Source of the DNA: Azoarcus sp.
GTDB taxonomy: Bacteria > Pseudomonadota > Gammaproteobacteria > Burkholderiales > Rhodocyclaceae
Direction of reading: 5' to 3'
DNA: 64,000 nt
Assembly (NCBI GenBank): GCA_031268195.1
Contig: JAIRXQ010000024.1
Span: 36,428-100,427, forward strand
This document shows positions 1 through 11,549 of this stretch, piece by piece. Position 1 is the stretch's first letter. Every line of letters starts with the position of its first letter. The notes beneath the pieces are model-generated. The model searched no databases. It was not told where the DNA came from and worked only from the letters and a program-made list of their open reading frames with translations. Made by a program: the position numbers and the translations under genes.

Positions 1-180
1 GTCGCGCCTGCCAAAGATCTGACAAAAGACATCCCCTATACGGTCGAACTGCGCTTCCGGCACGATACCGCCCAACTGCCCAAACCGTTTCAGCTCTCAG
101 CGGTGGCCGGCGGCGAATGGAAAGTCGATACCGACTGGCTGAAATGGGTTTTCCTGCCCGAAATGGCGAAGGTACGATGA
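1..180 (+). CDS. C-terminal fragment of a DUF4390-like protein (5' truncated)
   Basis: Frame 1 reads VAPAKDL...LPKPFQLSAVAGGEWKVDTDWLKW...KVR*. Its TGA overlaps the ATG of the kinase; this gene usually precedes ntrY. Confidence 0.55.
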   Translation, partial: VAPAKDLTKDIPYTVELRFRHDTAQLPKPFQLSAVAGGEWKVDTDWLKWVFLPEMAKVR

Positions 181-2291
181 AGCACTTCGTAATCACCATC
201 CTCGCCATCCTGACTGCCGCGTCCCTATATCTGCTGACCTCGGCCAGCGCCAACACCGATCTGTTCAGCAGCTCGTATCCTGTCCTGTTCGCGGTCAACG
301 GCGTCGTGGCAGTCGCACTGGCATCATCGGTTCTCTATCAGTTGATTCGCCTGTGGCGCGAATATCGCACCCACCGCTTCGGGTCGCGCCTCAAATACCG
401 CATGATGATGATGTTCGCATTGATGGCGCTGTTGCCGGGGCTGGCGGTCTACGCGGTGTCCCTGCAATTCGTCGTGCGCAGCATCGAATCCTGGTTCGAT
501 GTGCGGGTCGACTCCGCGCTCGAAGGCGGCCTCGCCCTGGGGCAAAATGCAGTCGATTTCCTCGTCGGACAGCTCAGGGACAAAGCCTCCGGCATGGCGC
601 TGAATCTTGAAAACCAGCACAACATTTCCGCGGCGCAACTCAATCAATTGCGCGAATGGGCGGGCGTCGGCAGCGCCACCGTCCTAACCCTGAACGGACA
701 GATACAAGCCACCGCGACCGACGACAATACCGCCCGCCTGCTCCCGGTCACGCCGACGCTCCAGCAATTGCGCCAAGCCTGGCAAAGACGCAATCTCAGC
801 ATCGTCGATGGCAACCCGCTGGCCATCCGCGTTCTGGTTCCGCTGCCTGGGCGCAGCCTGGCCGACGAACCCCGCCTGTTGCAACTGACGCAATTCGTTC
901 CAGCCTCGTTCAGCGAGCATATCGAGGCCGTCAACAAAGCGTCCGACGCTTACCAGCAGCTTTCGCTGACGCGCGGCAATCTCAAATTCATCTATACGTT
1001 CACGCTCACGCTGACGTTGTTGATCGCGCTGCTCGCCGCCATTGCGCTTGCTTTCGTGCTTGCCCGCCATCTCGCCGCGCCTTTGCGTCTGCTCGCGGAA
1101 GGCACGCAGGCGGTCGCCAAAGGCGATTTCAGTCCGCGTCGGGCTTTGCCCGCCCGCGATGAACTGGGCGTCCTGACCCAATCCTTCAACCAGATGATTC
1201 GCCAGCTCGACGAAGCGCGGGCGCAGACCAACGCCAGCCGTGCGGAAGTCGAATCCGCGCGCGCCTATCTCGAAAGCGTCCTCGCCAACTTGTCGGCGGG
1301 CGTGCTGACTTTCAGCCCTGAAGGCGCTTTGCGCGCCGCCAATCGCGGTTCGCTGGAAATACTCTCGGATGACCTCGAAGGTTTCGAGAACATCGCGCTC
1401 GCCGACTGGCCACGCCAAACGATTTTGCGCGATGCACTCATCGCGGGCTTTGCCAACCATGACGGCGACTGGCAAAGCGAACTCGAAATTCCGCAGGCGG
1501 ACAGCACGCCGCTCACCTTGCTGGTGCACGGCTCCCGCCTGCCGGAAGGCAGCGGCGGCGGACGGATCGTGGTGTTCGACGACATCACCCGGCTCATCGA
1601 GGCGCAACGTACTGCGGCCTGGGCCGAGATCGCCCGCCGGCTCGCGCACGAAATCAAGAACCCGCTGACGCCGATCCAGCTGTCGGCCGAGCGGCTTGCC
1701 CTCAAGCTCACCGGCCAGCTCGACGATAGCGGCAAACAAATGCTCGATCGCGCCACGTTTACCATCGTCAATCAGGTCGAAGCGGTGAAAAATCTGGTCA
1801 ATGCCTTCCGCGATTACGCACGTCTGCCCACGCCCACGCTCGGCGCGCTCGATCTGGGTGAGCTGATGCGTGAAATCCTTGTCCTTTATGAAAGCTCCAC
1901 GGCGAAAATCGACCTGCGGTTGCCGGACGATTTACCGCAAGTGCTTGGCGATGCTTCGCAAATTCGCCAGATTGTCCACAATATGTTACAAAACGCACAG
2001 GATGCATTGGCCGGACGTGAAAACGGCGAAATCGTGCTCGACGCTCGCGCTGAAGGCGATGCCGTGCTATTGTCATGCTGGGACAACGGCTCTGGTTTTC
2101 CTCAGGCAGTGCTGGCACATGCGTTCGAGCCTTACTTCACGACCAAAGCCAAAGGCACGGGTCTGGGGTTGGCCATGATCAAAAAAATCGTTACAGAGCA
2201 TGGAGGCGATGTGAAAATCTCCAACCGGGAAGGGGGGGGTGCAGAATTGCGCATCCGTTTACGAACAGCCATAAAAAACGGTGAACACTGA
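177..2291 (+). CDS. ntrY: NtrY-like membrane sensor histidine kinase (HAMP, PAS-like, HisKA, HATPase)
   Basis: TM helices, HAMP (DELGVLTQSFNQM), H-box LAHEIKNPLTP, DNGSG and GTGLGL boxes. Start set at ATG 177 (ATGA overlap). Confidence 0.85.
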   Translation: MKHFVITILAILTAASLYLLTSASANTDLFSSSYPVLFAVNGVVAVALASSVLYQLIRLWREYRTHRFGSRLKYRMMMMFALMALLPGLAVYAVSLQFVVRSIESWFDVRVDSALEGGLALGQNAVDFLVGQLRDKASGMALNLENQHNISAAQLNQLREWAGVGSATVLTLNGQIQATATDDNTARLLPVTPTLQQLRQAWQRRNLSIVDGNPLAIRVLVPLPGRSLADEPRLLQLTQFVPASFSEHIEAVNKASDAYQQLSLTRGNLKFIYTFTLTLTLLIALLAAIALAFVLARHLAAPLRLLAEGTQAVAKGDFSPRRALPARDELGVLTQSFNQMIRQLDEARAQTNASRAEVESARAYLESVLANLSAGVLTFSPEGALRAANRGSLEILSDDLEGFENIALADWPRQTILRDALIAGFANHDGDWQSELEIPQADSTPLTLLVHGSRLPEGSGGGRIVVFDDITRLIEAQRTAAWAEIARRLAHEIKNPLTPIQLSAERLALKLTGQLDDSGKQMLDRATFTIVNQVEAVKNLVNAFRDYARLPTPTLGALDLGELMREILVLYESSTAKIDLRLPDDLPQVLGDASQIRQIVHNMLQNAQDALAGRENGEIVLDARAEGDAVLLSCWDNGSGFPQAVLAHAFEPYFTTKAKGTGLGLAMIKKIVTEHGGDVKISNREGGGAELRIRLRTAIKNGEH

Positions 2292-2293
2292 AG

Positions 2294-3535
2294 ATGGCGA
2301 AGCTACTCATCGTTGACGACGAAATCGGCATCCGGGAACTGCTCTCCGAAATCCTGCGGGATGAGGGCCACGACGTCGAGCTGGCCGAGGATGCGGCCGC
2401 CGCCCGCGCGGTGCGCAACGCTTCCTGCCCGGACATGGTGCTGCTCGACATCTGGATGCCTGATACCGATGGCATCACACTGCTCAAAGAATGGGCCGCT
2501 GCCGGACAACTGACCATGCCGGTCGTCATGATGTCCGGACACGGCACCATCGACACCGCTGTCGAAGCCACCCGCATCGGCGCCATCGACTACCTCGAAA
2601 AACCCATCTCGCTGCAAAAACTCCTGTCGGCGGTCAAACGCGGCCTGCAACGCACGCCGCCGGTGATCGCACCCATGCCGCTCACGCTGGCGGCTTTTCC
2701 CGATTCCGCGCCCTTGCGCGACCTGAACCGGCGTCTGCGCCTGGCCGCCGAACACGCGCGCGTGATTCTGCTCCGGACCAGTCCGGATCATCTGGGCGAA
2801 CTCGCGGCCCACAGCCTGCAATCACCGGGCGCGCCCTGGCTCGATCTCGGTACGCTGAACGGCGCGGTCGATCCCGCGCGGCTCGCCTCGCATCACGGCG
2901 GACAGCTTTATCTCGCCGGGCCGGAGCGGTTGTTGCGCCCGCAGCAGAAAAATCTCGCCTTCGTCCTCGAACGGCTGGAGCGCTACAACCTGAAGCTCAT
3001 CGTCGCCTGCAACGCGAGCCGCGAAGAACTGCTGGCCGCTGGCTGGGAGGCCGCGCTCGTCGACGCCCTGTTCGCCCATGTCCTGAACGTGCCCACGCTC
3101 ACCGAACTGCGCGACGACCTGCCCGAAATCATTTGCCGCATCCTGCGCCACCTCGTCGATACCAAGGAAGTGCCGCCACACCGTTTTTCGCCCGCGGCGC
3201 TCACCCAACTGCGACGGCGCGACTGGCATGGCGGCTACGGCGAACTGGCGGCCACGATCCGTAATCTCGCGCTGGCCGCTTCCGAAGAAGAAATCACCTT
3301 GCCCGAGATCGGCTTGCCGTCCGCCGCCGAGCCGCCGAGCAGCCCGATTTCGTTCGATCAGCCTCTGCGCGAAGCACGCGAAATATTCGAGCGCATGTAT
3401 TTCGAGCATCATCTGCGACTCGAAAAAGGCAACATGACCCGGCTCGCCCAGAAAACCGGGCTCGAACGCACGCATCTTTACCGCAAGCTCAAACAGCTTG
3501 GCCTGCACGGCGGCCGCCGCCGCGAAGAGAGCTGA
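2294..3535 (+). CDS. ntrX: NtrX-like response regulator (REC, degenerate AAA-like region, Fis HTH)
   Basis: LLIVDDE, LLDIWMP, C-terminal GNMTRLAQKTGLERTHLYRKLK; directly follows the kinase. Confidence 0.8.
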   Translation: MAKLLIVDDEIGIRELLSEILRDEGHDVELAEDAAAARAVRNASCPDMVLLDIWMPDTDGITLLKEWAAAGQLTMPVVMMSGHGTIDTAVEATRIGAIDYLEKPISLQKLLSAVKRGLQRTPPVIAPMPLTLAAFPDSAPLRDLNRRLRLAAEHARVILLRTSPDHLGELAAHSLQSPGAPWLDLGTLNGAVDPARLASHHGGQLYLAGPERLLRPQQKNLAFVLERLERYNLKLIVACNASREELLAAGWEAALVDALFAHVLNVPTLTELRDDLPEIICRILRHLVDTKEVPPHRFSPAALTQLRRRDWHGGYGELAATIRNLALAASEEEITLPEIGLPSAAEPPSSPISFDQPLREAREIFERMYFEHHLRLEKGNMTRLAQKTGLERTHLYRKLKQLGLHGGRRREES

Positions 3536-3646
3536 CGCCGCACCTGTTCCCGCCGGCAGGCAGGACTTGCCGCAGTGCAACAATGCCGCCGCCACATGCC
3601 GAACGCGCGTAGAATCGCCCTTTCCCGAATTTTGTGGATGGCTCCG

Positions 3647-5040
3647 GTGAAGATCATCATCCTGGGCGCGGGACAGGTCGGCACTTCCGTCGCGGAGGGA
3701 CTCGTTTCCGAGGCCAACGACATCTCCCTCGTCGACACCGATGCGGAGAGTCTGGCCGAATTGCGCAACCGTTTCGAGGTGCGCACCGTCTGCGGCAATG
3801 CCGCTTCGCCATCGGTGCTGCGCGAAGCGGGCGCCGAAGACGCCGATCTGCTGATCGCCGTCACCCAGTCCGACCAGACCAACCTGTGCGCCTGCAAGAT
3901 CGCACGCACGCTGTTCAACCTGCCCACGCGCATCGCGCGCCTGCGCTCGGCGGACTATGTCGACCATCCCGAACTGCTCGACAACAACAATTTCGCAGTG
4001 GATTTTTCCATCTGCCCGGAACAGATCGTCACCGACTACATCCGCCGCCTGATCGATTTCCCGGAAGCATTGCAGGCGCTCGACTTCGCGGGCGGGCTGG
4101 TCAAGCTCACCAGCGCCATCGCGCGTGAAGGCAATCCGCTGGTCGGCCAGCCACTCGCCAGCCTGCACGAACAGTTGCCGGACGTGGAAGCGCACATCGC
4201 GGCGATCTACCGCAACGGCAACCCGATCCTGCCTGCGGGCGACACCGTGGTCACGCCAGGCGACGAGGTGTTCTGTCTGGCCTCCAGCCATCATATCCGC
4301 GCAGTCATGCAAAGCTTGTGCGGCGTCTCGCCGCCGATGCGCCGCATCATGATCGCCGGCGGCGGCAACATCGGCCTGCGGCTGGCGGCCTCGCTCAATG
4401 AAAAATTCAACGTCAAACTGCTCGAAATCGATGCCCGTCGCGCAGAAAAGCTCGCCACCAGCCTGCATGACACACTCGTCCTGCACGGCAACACCACCGA
4501 CGAAAAGTTGCTCGAAAACGAAGGCATCGACGAAACCGATCTGTTCGTCGCGCTCACCAACGACGAGGAGGACAACATCATGTCGGCCTCGCTCGCCAAG
4601 CGCATGGGCGCACGCCACACGCTGGCGCTGGTCAATCGCAAAAGCTACATCGGGCTGGTCGAGGGCGAGCTCATCGACATCGCCATTTCGCCCGCGCAGG
4701 CATCGATCGGCGTGCTGCTCGCGCACGTCCGCCGGGGCGACGTGGCCGCCGTGCACAGCCTGCGGCGCGGCGCGGCGGAGGCGCTGGAGATCATCGCGCA
4801 CGGCGAGAGCGGCACCTCCAGAGTGGTCGGGCGCGCAGTGGGCGAAATTCCGCTGCCCGAAGGCGTCACCTTCAACGCCATCGTGCGCAAAACCGGCAAG
4901 CCGGACGAAGGCCCGGAAGTGCTCATCCCGCACCGCGACACGATCATCGAAAACGAAGACCACATCATCGTGTTCTGTCCGCACAAGAATCTGGTGAAGA
5001 AAGTCGAAAAGCTGTTTCAGGTCGGGTTCACCTTCCTTTG

Positions 5041-5041
<1 letters not shown>
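3647..5041 (+). CDS. trkA: Trk K+ transporter NAD-binding subunit
   Basis: KIIILGAGQVG and IMIAGGGNIG Rossmann motifs (two RCK units); GTG start at 3647 inferred. Confidence 0.93.
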
Positions 5042-6513
<1,472 letters not shown>

Positions 6514-6558
6514 AGACAGGCGATAATGGCGCCTTTGGCCCCGCTGCGAGGATTCCCC

Positions 6559-7617
6559 GTGAGCCGAATCAAGAACGACACCTTCCTCACCGCGCTGTTG
6601 CGCGAGCCGACGCCTTACACCCCCATCTGGCTGATGCGGCAGGCCGGGCGCTATCTGCCCGAATACCGCGAAACCCGCCAGCGCGCGGGCAGTTTCCTTG
6701 CCCTGTGTAAAAACCCGTCGCTGGCCTGCGAGGTGACCTTGCAGCCGCTGGCGCGCTTCGATCTCGATGCGGCGATCCTTTTCTCCGACATCCTCACCGT
6801 GCCCGATGCAATGGGGCTGGGGCTGTACTTTGCCGAGGGTGAAGGGCCGAAGTTCGAGCGCCCCTTGCGCGAGGAACGGGATATTCGCAACCTCGCCGCG
6901 CCCGATCCGCATGCCGGGCTGCGCTACGTGATGGACGCCGTGGCCGAAATCCGCCGCGCACTGGACGGCAGCGTGCCGCTGATCGGCTTCTCCGGCAGCC
7001 CGTGGACACTGGCCTGCTACATGGTCGAAGGCGGCTCCTCCAGCGATTACCGCACGGTGAAAGCGCTCGCCTACACGCGGCCCGACCTCATGCACCATAT
7101 TCTCGATGTCACCACGCGCGCCGTCACCGACTACCTCAACGCCCAGATCGAGGCGGGCGCGCAGGCGGTCATGGTGTTCGATTCGTGGGGCGGCACGCTC
7201 TCGGAGGCCGCCTATCACGAATTCTCGCTCGCCTATCTGCAACGGATTGCCGCTGGACTCACGCGCGAGCGCGAAGGCCGGCGCGTGCCGAGCATCGTAT
7301 TTACCAAGGGTGGCGGCTTGTGGCTGGAAGCCATCGCCGCCAGCGGCTTCGATGCCGTCGGGCTCGACTGGACGCTGGACATCGGCCGCGCCCGCGCACG
7401 GGTAGGCGAGCGCGTCGCGCTGCAAGGCAACCTCGATCCCGCCGTACTGTGCGCCAGCCCGCAGGCCGTCGCTGCCGAAGCGCGCCGCGTGCTCGAAGCC
7501 TTCGGCCCGCATCCGGGACATGTGTTCAATCTCGGGCACGGCATTTCGCAATACACCCCGCCCGAAAACGTCGCCGCGCTGGTCGAGGCAGTACACCGCT
7601 ACGCGCACACGCCTTGA
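6559..7617 (+). CDS. hemE: Uroporphyrinogen decarboxylase
   Basis: [27 protein letters not shown]; GTG start after a GAGGA RBS. Confidence 0.96.
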   Translation: MSRIKNDTFLTALLREPTPYTPIWLMRQAGRYLPEYRETRQRAGSFLALCKNPSLACEVTLQPLARFDLDAAILFSDILTVPDAMGLGLYFAEGEGPKFERPLREERDIRNLAAPDPHAGLRYVMDAVAEIRRALDGSVPLIGFSGSPWTLACYMVEGGSSSDYRTVKALAYTRPDLMHHILDVTTRAVTDYLNAQIEAGAQAVMVFDSWGGTLSEAAYHEFSLAYLQRIAAGLTREREGRRVPSIVFTKGGGLWLEAIAASGFDAVGLDWTLDIGRARARVGERVALQGNLDPAVLCASPQAVAAEARRVLEAFGPHPGHVFNLGHGISQYTPPENVAALVEAVHRYAHTP

Positions 7618-7618
7618 C

Positions 7619-7816
7619 TTATGCACACGAACACCATCCGTAGCAACGTTTGAGGCGCGGATGCTCGCTAATACAAAAATTGTGCAATGCGTTGATTTTT
7701 GGGCGGTATTTTTTTGCCTCATGAACAGGCAAAATGTGACTTTCTCCACAACAGCGCAGGTTTCGGGCTTTTTTACGCAGCTTGCCCACAAAGTTATCCA
7801 CAACATCTGTGGGCAA
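7619..7816. promoter_or_regulatory. Cluster of DnaA-box-like 9-mers between hemE and priA
   Basis: TTATGCACA 7619-7627, TTCTCCACA 7742-7750, TTGCCCACA 7782-7790, perfect TTATCCACA 7794-7802, inverted TGTGGGCAA 7808-7816. Confidence 0.6.
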
Positions 7817-7956
7817 GCGGAAGTCATCCTGCCAGGGCAAACACTTACCGTCTTTCCTCGTGACACGGCCTTAAGATTTCGGCCTAACCCATTGGGACGC
7901 TACGCACTTCCTGCGCCAAACACGCTTTTCCGTCCTGTCACCTGACCGTTCCGCTC

Positions 7957-9957
7957 ATGCCTGTCGTCCGCGTCGCCCTTCCCATTCCGCTGCCACAACT
8001 GTTCGACTATCTGGCCGAGGACGCGAGCGCCGCCGACATCGGCCACTGCGTGCGCGTCCCGTTCGGGCACGGCGAAAAAAGCGGACTCATCCTCGCGCTG
8101 CCGGAACGCACCGAGCTCGATCCCGCCCGCCTGAAACCGGTCGCCTACATCCAGCGCGATGTGCCCGCGCTGCCGCCCGACTGGATCGAATTGGTCGAAT
8201 TCACCGCCTGTTACTATCACGCGCCGCTTGGCGAAGTGATCGCGCTCGCGCTGCCGCCGGGCCTGCGCCGCGCCAAAGCACCCGCCAAGCGCCGCAAGGC
8301 GAAAACCCGCGCGCCGGACGACGCACCGCCGCCCGCCGCCGCCTTGCCGACGCTCACCGCGGGACAGGCCGCCGCGCTGGCCACCTGCTGCGCCGCCGAA
8401 GGCTTCGCAGCCTGGCTGCTCGCGGGCGTCACCGGCAGCGGCAAAACCGAGGTTTACCTGCGTCTGGCCGCCAACGCGCTCGCGGCTGGAAAACAGGTGT
8501 TGATGCTGGTGCCGGAAATCGCGCTCACCCCGCAGCTGGAAGCGCGCGTACACGACCGCTTTCCCGCCGCGCACATCGTCAGCCTGCATTCGGCGCTCGC
8601 GCCCGGCGCGCGGGCGCGCGGCTTCGTGCAGGCGCTCACGGGCGAGGCCGACATCGTGCTCGGCACGCGGCTGGCCGTGTTCGCGCCCCTGCCGCGGCCG
8701 GGACTTTTCCTGATCGACGAAGAGCATGACGCCTCCTACAAGCAGCAGGAAGGCATCCGCTACAGCGCGCGTGATCTCGCCATCTGGCGCGCGCATCAGC
8801 ATGGCGTGGCGGTGGTGCTCGGCTCCGCCACCCCGGCGCTGGAGAGCTGGCGGCACGCGCAGGACGGGCGCTACCGCCTGCTGACGCTTCCCGCCCGCGC
8901 CCGCGCCGCCGCGCTCCCCACGGTCAAGACCGTCGACACCCGGCGCTGCCGTCTCGACGAAGGCTTTGGCCCGCAGCTCCTCGCCGCGCTGGCCGCCCAC
9001 CTCGAACGCGGCGAACAGAGCCTCGTTTTCCTCAACCGGCGCGGCTATGCCCCGGTGCTTTCCTGCCCCGCCTGCGGCTGGGTGAGCCAGTGCCCGCACT
9101 GTTCGGCCAATCGTGTCGTCCACCTCGCCGATCGCCGCCTGCGTTGCCATCACTGCGGCGCGGAGGCGCCCATTCCACGCGCCTGCCCGGTGTGCGGCAA
9201 TCAGGACATCCACCCCTACGGCTACGGCACGCAACGCATCGAAGCAAAGCTCAAGACGCTCTTTCCCTCCGCCCGCATCCTGCGCCTCGACCGCGACGCC
9301 GCCCGCACCCGCGCCCGCTGGGAGAGCCTGCTCGCCACCATCGCCGCGGGCGAGGCCGATATCCTCGTCGGCACGCAGATGATGGCCAAGGGGCACGACT
9401 TCCCGCTGCTGACGCTCGTCGGCGTCCTCGGCGCGGATGCCTCACTGCACGCCGCCGATTTTCGCGCCCCGGAGCGCCTGTTCCAGCAGTTGATGCAGGT
9501 CGGTGGGCGTGCCGGGCGCGCCGAGCTGCCCGGTGAGGTTTTGATTCAGACCGAATACCCCGAACATCCGCTCTATCGCTGCCTGACCCGCCACGATTTC
9601 GCCGCCTTCGCCGCGCTGGAACTCGACGCCCGCCACGCCGCCGCTTTCCCGCCCTTTTCGTTTCAGGCGATGCTGAAAGCCGACGCTCCCCAGCTTGCCG
9701 ACGCCGTCGATTTCCTGCGTCAGGCGCGCCAACTGGCGGCGAAATACGCCCACGCCACGAGCGCTGTCCGCGTTTTCGACCCCGTGCCCATGCGCCTCAC
9801 CCGCCTCGCCCGCCGCGAGCGCGCGCAACTGCTCCTCGAAGCCGACCGCCGCGCCGCGCTACAGGATTTCCTCTCCCGCTGGCTGGAAGAAGTTCGCGCC
9901 CTGCGCCCGCCGCGCGAGCTGCGCTGGCAGGTGGATGTCGATCCGCTGGAGGTGTGA
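7957..9957 (+). CDS. priA: Primosomal protein N' (replication restart helicase)
   Basis: GVTGSGKTEVY, DEEH, FLNRRGYAP, four CxxC, GTQMMAKGHDFP, QVGGRAGR. Confidence 0.96.
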   Translation: MPVVRVALPIPLPQLFDYLAEDASAADIGHCVRVPFGHGEKSGLILALPERTELDPARLKPVAYIQRDVPALPPDWIELVEFTACYYHAPLGEVIALALPPGLRRAKAPAKRRKAKTRAPDDAPPPAAALPTLTAGQAAALATCCAAEGFAAWLLAGVTGSGKTEVYLRLAANALAAGKQVLMLVPEIALTPQLEARVHDRFPAAHIVSLHSALAPGARARGFVQALTGEADIVLGTRLAVFAPLPRPGLFLIDEEHDASYKQQEGIRYSARDLAIWRAHQHGVAVVLGSATPALESWRHAQDGRYRLLTLPARARAAALPTVKTVDTRRCRLDEGFGPQLLAALAAHLERGEQSLVFLNRRGYAPVLSCPACGWVSQCPHCSANRVVHLADRRLRCHHCGAEAPIPRACPVCGNQDIHPYGYGTQRIEAKLKTLFPSARILRLDRDAARTRARWESLLATIAAGEADILVGTQMMAKGHDFPLLTLVGVLGADASLHAADFRAPERLFQQLMQVGGRAGRAELPGEVLIQTEYPEHPLYRCLTRHDFAAFAALELDARHAAAFPPFSFQAMLKADAPQLADAVDFLRQARQLAAKYAHATSAVRVFDPVPMRLTRLARRERAQLLLEADRRAALQDFLSRWLEEVRALRPPRELRWQVDVDPLEV

Positions 9958-9999
9958 GGCACAAGGTATGAGGCGCAGGAAGCGCCCCACCGGATGCCC

Positions 10000-10236
10000 T
10001 TATTTTTTTCCCACGTTATTGTAAATATCGCGGTTCGCCTGCTTGGCGTTGATGCAATTTTCCGTCTTGTTGAGTTTGTCGGGATTTGCCTTGCATTCAC
10101 GCACGACCTCCATGCGTTCGGCGTCGTGGTCCTTGTACCACTCGACACTCTGGACCTCGCGCTCGCAGGCGGTCAGGATCAGGGCGAGCGCGGCGAAGGC
10201 GAACGCGGTTGATGTCGTGGTCATGGTCTTGGTCAT
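10000..10236 (-). CDS. Small lipoprotein resembling EexN/TrbK entry-exclusion lipoproteins
   Basis: Lipobox LTAC then SVEWYKDHDAER...C...NPDKL...NC.NAKQA; ATGA overlap with the FTR1 stop. Confidence 0.65.
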   Translation of the reverse strand: MTKTMTTTSTAFAFAALALILTACEREVQSVEWYKDHDAERMEVVRECKANPDKLNKTENCINAKQANRDIYNNVGKK

Positions 10237-11549
10237 GATGCTTCCTTTTCGAGGATGAATGAACGTTTGCGAATGGCAAACCAGAGGCACGGCAACACAA
10301 GCAGAACCGCCTGCGCGCCAAGGCTTTGCGCGCTGGGAGCGATGCCAAGCCAGCTGATTTGCGGGAAACCGGGAAGGTAGATACTGGCGATCCAGCCCGC
10401 CGCCTGAAGCTCGACGATGGCCTGGCCGAGAAAAACGACCGACATGCCGTAGAGCAGCGCCGAGGTCGCCCCGAAGAACAGGCCAAAGGGCAGCCGCAGC
10501 GCAGCATGGCGCAACAGAAAATAAAAGCCGACGAGCAGCATGGCCGCGAGCACGAATCCTGCCCGCAGCGCACCTTCCTGGCCGGGCGAACCGGCCGCGA
10601 GCGCGCCGTAGAACAGCACCGTCTCCGCGCCTTCGCGATACACGGCGAGGCAGGCCGCGCCGCCCAGGGCGATGAGCGATCCCTTGCCGAGCGCGCTATC
10701 CATCTGGCGCGCGATCCATTCCTCCCAGCGCCGCGCCTCGCGCTTGGCGAACAGCCAGCAACTCACGTAGAACAACATGGCGCTGGCCGCGAGCATGGTG
10801 ACCCCCTCCACGGCGGCCAGCGGCGCGCCGATGCCCTTGAGCAGGCTGTCGAGCGCCCAGCCGGTGATGAGCGAGAGCACGATCGCCACCGCCACCCCCG
10901 CGTGGATCACCCACACCTTGTCCGCGGCGCCGGCGCGGCGCAGGTAGGCTGCGAGCGCGCCGACCACCAGCATGGCTTCGACGCCCTCGCGCAGCAGGAT
11001 GAGGAGCGATTTGAGAAACGCGCCGGTGCCGCCGTCGGCCCCGGCGGCACCGGCCTCGTCGTAGAGACGTTGCGCATCGCCCAGCTTCGCCCGCAGTTCG
11101 CGCCAGGAATTTTCCAGCCGCGCGCGCGGCACGCCGCGCATGGCATCGCCGTTCAGCGCACCGAACAGCACTTCCAGTTCATTTTTGAGGCCGGCATCGC
11201 GTACGCCGAGATCGAGTTCGAGCGCCTCGAAGCGCGCGAAATAGAGCGTCGAGAATTCGGTAGCCGTGGTGAGGGAATTATTTTCGTCATAAGCGGCGAC
11301 GGCGGCATCGCCACGCTCGATGATGCTGGCGACGACCGCCGCGCCATCCGGGGCATCGGCGTAAAGAGGGGAGGCGAAGCCGGCGAGTAGGGAGAAGAAA
11401 AAAACACTCAGACAGAAACGAATCACCCTGCATCCCGCGCCGCCCTCCCCACGGCTGTCTTTCGTCGCCGGGGCACGCACTGCGCGCCTCCCACCCACGC
11501 CCTCCGTGTTGCGCGCGTAGCGCATCCGCAATGACTGAAACATATTCAC
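10233..11549 (-). CDS. FTR1/EfeU-family iron permease with an N-terminal periplasmic domain
   Basis: Both RExxE motifs intact (LLREGVEA, YREGAET), about 7 TM helices, FGLFFGATSALLY...GQAIVELQ. Start uncertain (GTG 11549 or GTG 11426). Confidence 0.88.
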   Translation of the reverse strand: MNMFQSLRMRYARNTEGVGGRRAVRAPATKDSRGEGGAGCRVIRFCLSVFFFSLLAGFASPLYADAPDGAAVVASIIERGDAAVAAYDENNSLTTATEFSTLYFARFEALELDLGVRDAGLKNELEVLFGALNGDAMRGVPRARLENSWRELRAKLGDAQRLYDEAGAAGADGGTGAFLKSLLILLREGVEAMLVVGALAAYLRRAGAADKVWVIHAGVAVAIVLSLITGWALDSLLKGIGAPLAAVEGVTMLAASAMLFYVSCWLFAKREARRWEEWIARQMDSALGKGSLIALGGAACLAVYREGAETVLFYGALAAGSPGQEGALRAGFVLAAMLLVGFYFLLRHAALRLPFGLFFGATSALLYGMSVVFLGQAIVELQAAGWIASIYLPGFPQISWLGIAPSAQSLGAQAVLLVLPCLWFAIRKRSFILEKEAS

